Positions 62,968 to 64,000 of a DNA stretch of 64,000 nt are shown piece after piece. The stretch is from an uncultured Actinomycetota bacterium (GTDB lineage: Bacteria > Actinomycetota > Actinomycetes > JAFAQI01), in contig CAVYQE010000011.1 of the NCBI GenBank assembly GCA_963770565.1, positions 608,001 to 672,000 of the forward strand, given 5' to 3'. Under the pieces are notes generated by a model that was given only the letters and a program-made list of their open reading frames with translations, searched no databases and had not been told where the DNA came from. The translations under genes and the position numbers were made by a program. Numbering within the stretch: position 1 is the stretch's first letter; each line of letters begins with the position of its first letter.

Positions 62968-64000
62968 CCGGGAGTGGGCGCCGGTTCGAGGTCGACTACG
63001 GCGGTGTGCGCGAGCTTCGTGGGCCGCTGCTGATCCTGCAAGGCGTGTCCGGGGTGGGCTGGGACGAGTTCGCCGTGATCCGGATCGAGTCCGACGTCGA
63101 TCCCGCGCCGGAACGGCACGGGCTGGTGCTCGAGGTCGACCGGGACCTCGCCGTGATTCAGGTGCTCGAGGGCACCGAGGGTTTGGTGCCGGCGACGACT
63201 CGGGTGGCGTTCTCCGGCGCGCCGTTGCGGGTGCCGGTCGGACCGGGCTGGCTCGGGCGGGTCTGCAACGGCCGAGGCGAGCCGATCGACGGCGGTCCGC
63301 CGATCTCGAGCGCGATCACCGCAGCGGTTGCCGGCGATCCGCTGAACCCGACCCACCGGGACCCGCCGGCCGAGCCGGTGCTGACCGGCATCTCGGCGAT
63401 CGACGCCCTCACCACGTTGGTGCGCGGGCAGAAGCTGCCGATCTTCTCGGTGGCGGGCCTGCCGCACCTGGAGCTGGCTGCGCAGATCGCGGCGCAGTCG
63501 ACCGCCGGCGACGAGCCGTTCAGCGTGGTCTTCGCAGCGATGGGACTGACCCATGCCGACGCGGACGCGGTGCGCGGGTCCCTCCAGGAGCGTTCCGCGG
63601 CCGGAGAGCTGGTCCTGCTGCTCAACACCGCGGACGATCCGGTGATCGAGCGGATCCTGACACCGCGGATTGCCTTGACCGTCGCCGAGCATCTCGCGTT
63701 CGAACTGCACCGCCATGTGCTCGTCGTGCTGGCCGACATGACCAGCTATGCCGAGGCGTTGCGCGAGGTGTCGGCGGCGCGTGGTGAGCTGCCGGGCCGG
63801 CGTGCGTACCCGGGCTATCTGTACAGCGACCTCGCCTCGCTGTACGAGCGCTGCGGGCGGATCCGGGACACGGTCGGGTCGGTGACGGTACTGCCGGTGC
63901 TGACGATGCCGGCCGGCGACATCACCCATCCGGTGCCCGATCTCACCGGATACATCACCGAGGGCCAGATCGTGCTCGCGCCGGACGCCCATGCGCGCGG
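62964..64000 (+). CDS. ntpB: V/A-type ATP synthase subunit B (partial, runs off window end)
   Basis: Manual translation from ATG 62964: [57 protein letters not shown]. Confidence 0.95.
   Translation, partial: MTGSGRRFEVDYGGVRELRGPLLILQGVSGVGWDEFAVIRIESDVDPAPERHGLVLEVDRDLAVIQVLEGTEGLVPATTRVAFSGAPLRVPVGPGWLGRVCNGRGEPIDGGPPISSAITAAVAGDPLNPTHRDPPAEPVLTGISAIDALTTLVRGQKLPIFSVAGLPHLELAAQIAAQSTAGDEPFSVVFAAMGLTHADADAVRGSLQERSAAGELVLLLNTADDPVIERILTPRIALTVAEHLAFELHRHVLVVLADMTSYAEALREVSAARGELPGRRAYPGYLYSDLASLYERCGRIRDTVGSVTVLPVLTMPAGDITHPVPDLTGYITEGQIVLAPDAHAR

Overview
High-GC (about 70% by eye) actinobacterial chromosomal segment, densely coding. I could not recognise any rRNA, tRNA, CRISPR array or transposase gene. 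Main blocks: (i) EthA-like monooxygenase, SRAP protein and a methyltransferase / acyl-CoA-dehydrogenase-like / type III PKS cluster; (ii) a stand-alone ClpC N-terminal-domain protein divergent from a small HTH gene; (iii) an ftsH-boxC-boxB-benzoate-CoA ligase-amidohydrolase run with no boxA; (iv) XdhC plus a TMADH-like flavoenzyme with two unusual Cys substitutions; (v) four c-di-GMP enzymes (HD-GYP with an extracellular tail, MASE4-PAS-EAL, GGDEF, GGDEF-EAL) plus a partial GAF sensor, four of these five preceded by sigma28-like promoter motifs; (vi) a UDP-HexNAc dehydrogenase / 53-aa membrane peptide / HasA-NodC-like synthase operon; (vii) several secreted proteins, one very Gly-rich; (viii) a form-II-type cox-like L-S-M molybdoenzyme; (ix) an island with DosR-like boxes carrying an ABC transporter, a P2C-like ATPase, a deacetylase, an L,D-transpeptidase and a compact V/A-type ATP synthase operon that runs off the window end. 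Non-coding elements include a CTAG-bounded hairpin MITE in two size classes and several palindromes and tandem repeats. Three single-base frameshifts at short homopolymers probably reflect sequencing error. The best candidates for an undescribed system are the polysaccharide operon and the DosR-box-linked V/A-ATPase island. All assignments come from motif recognition by eye, not database searches.
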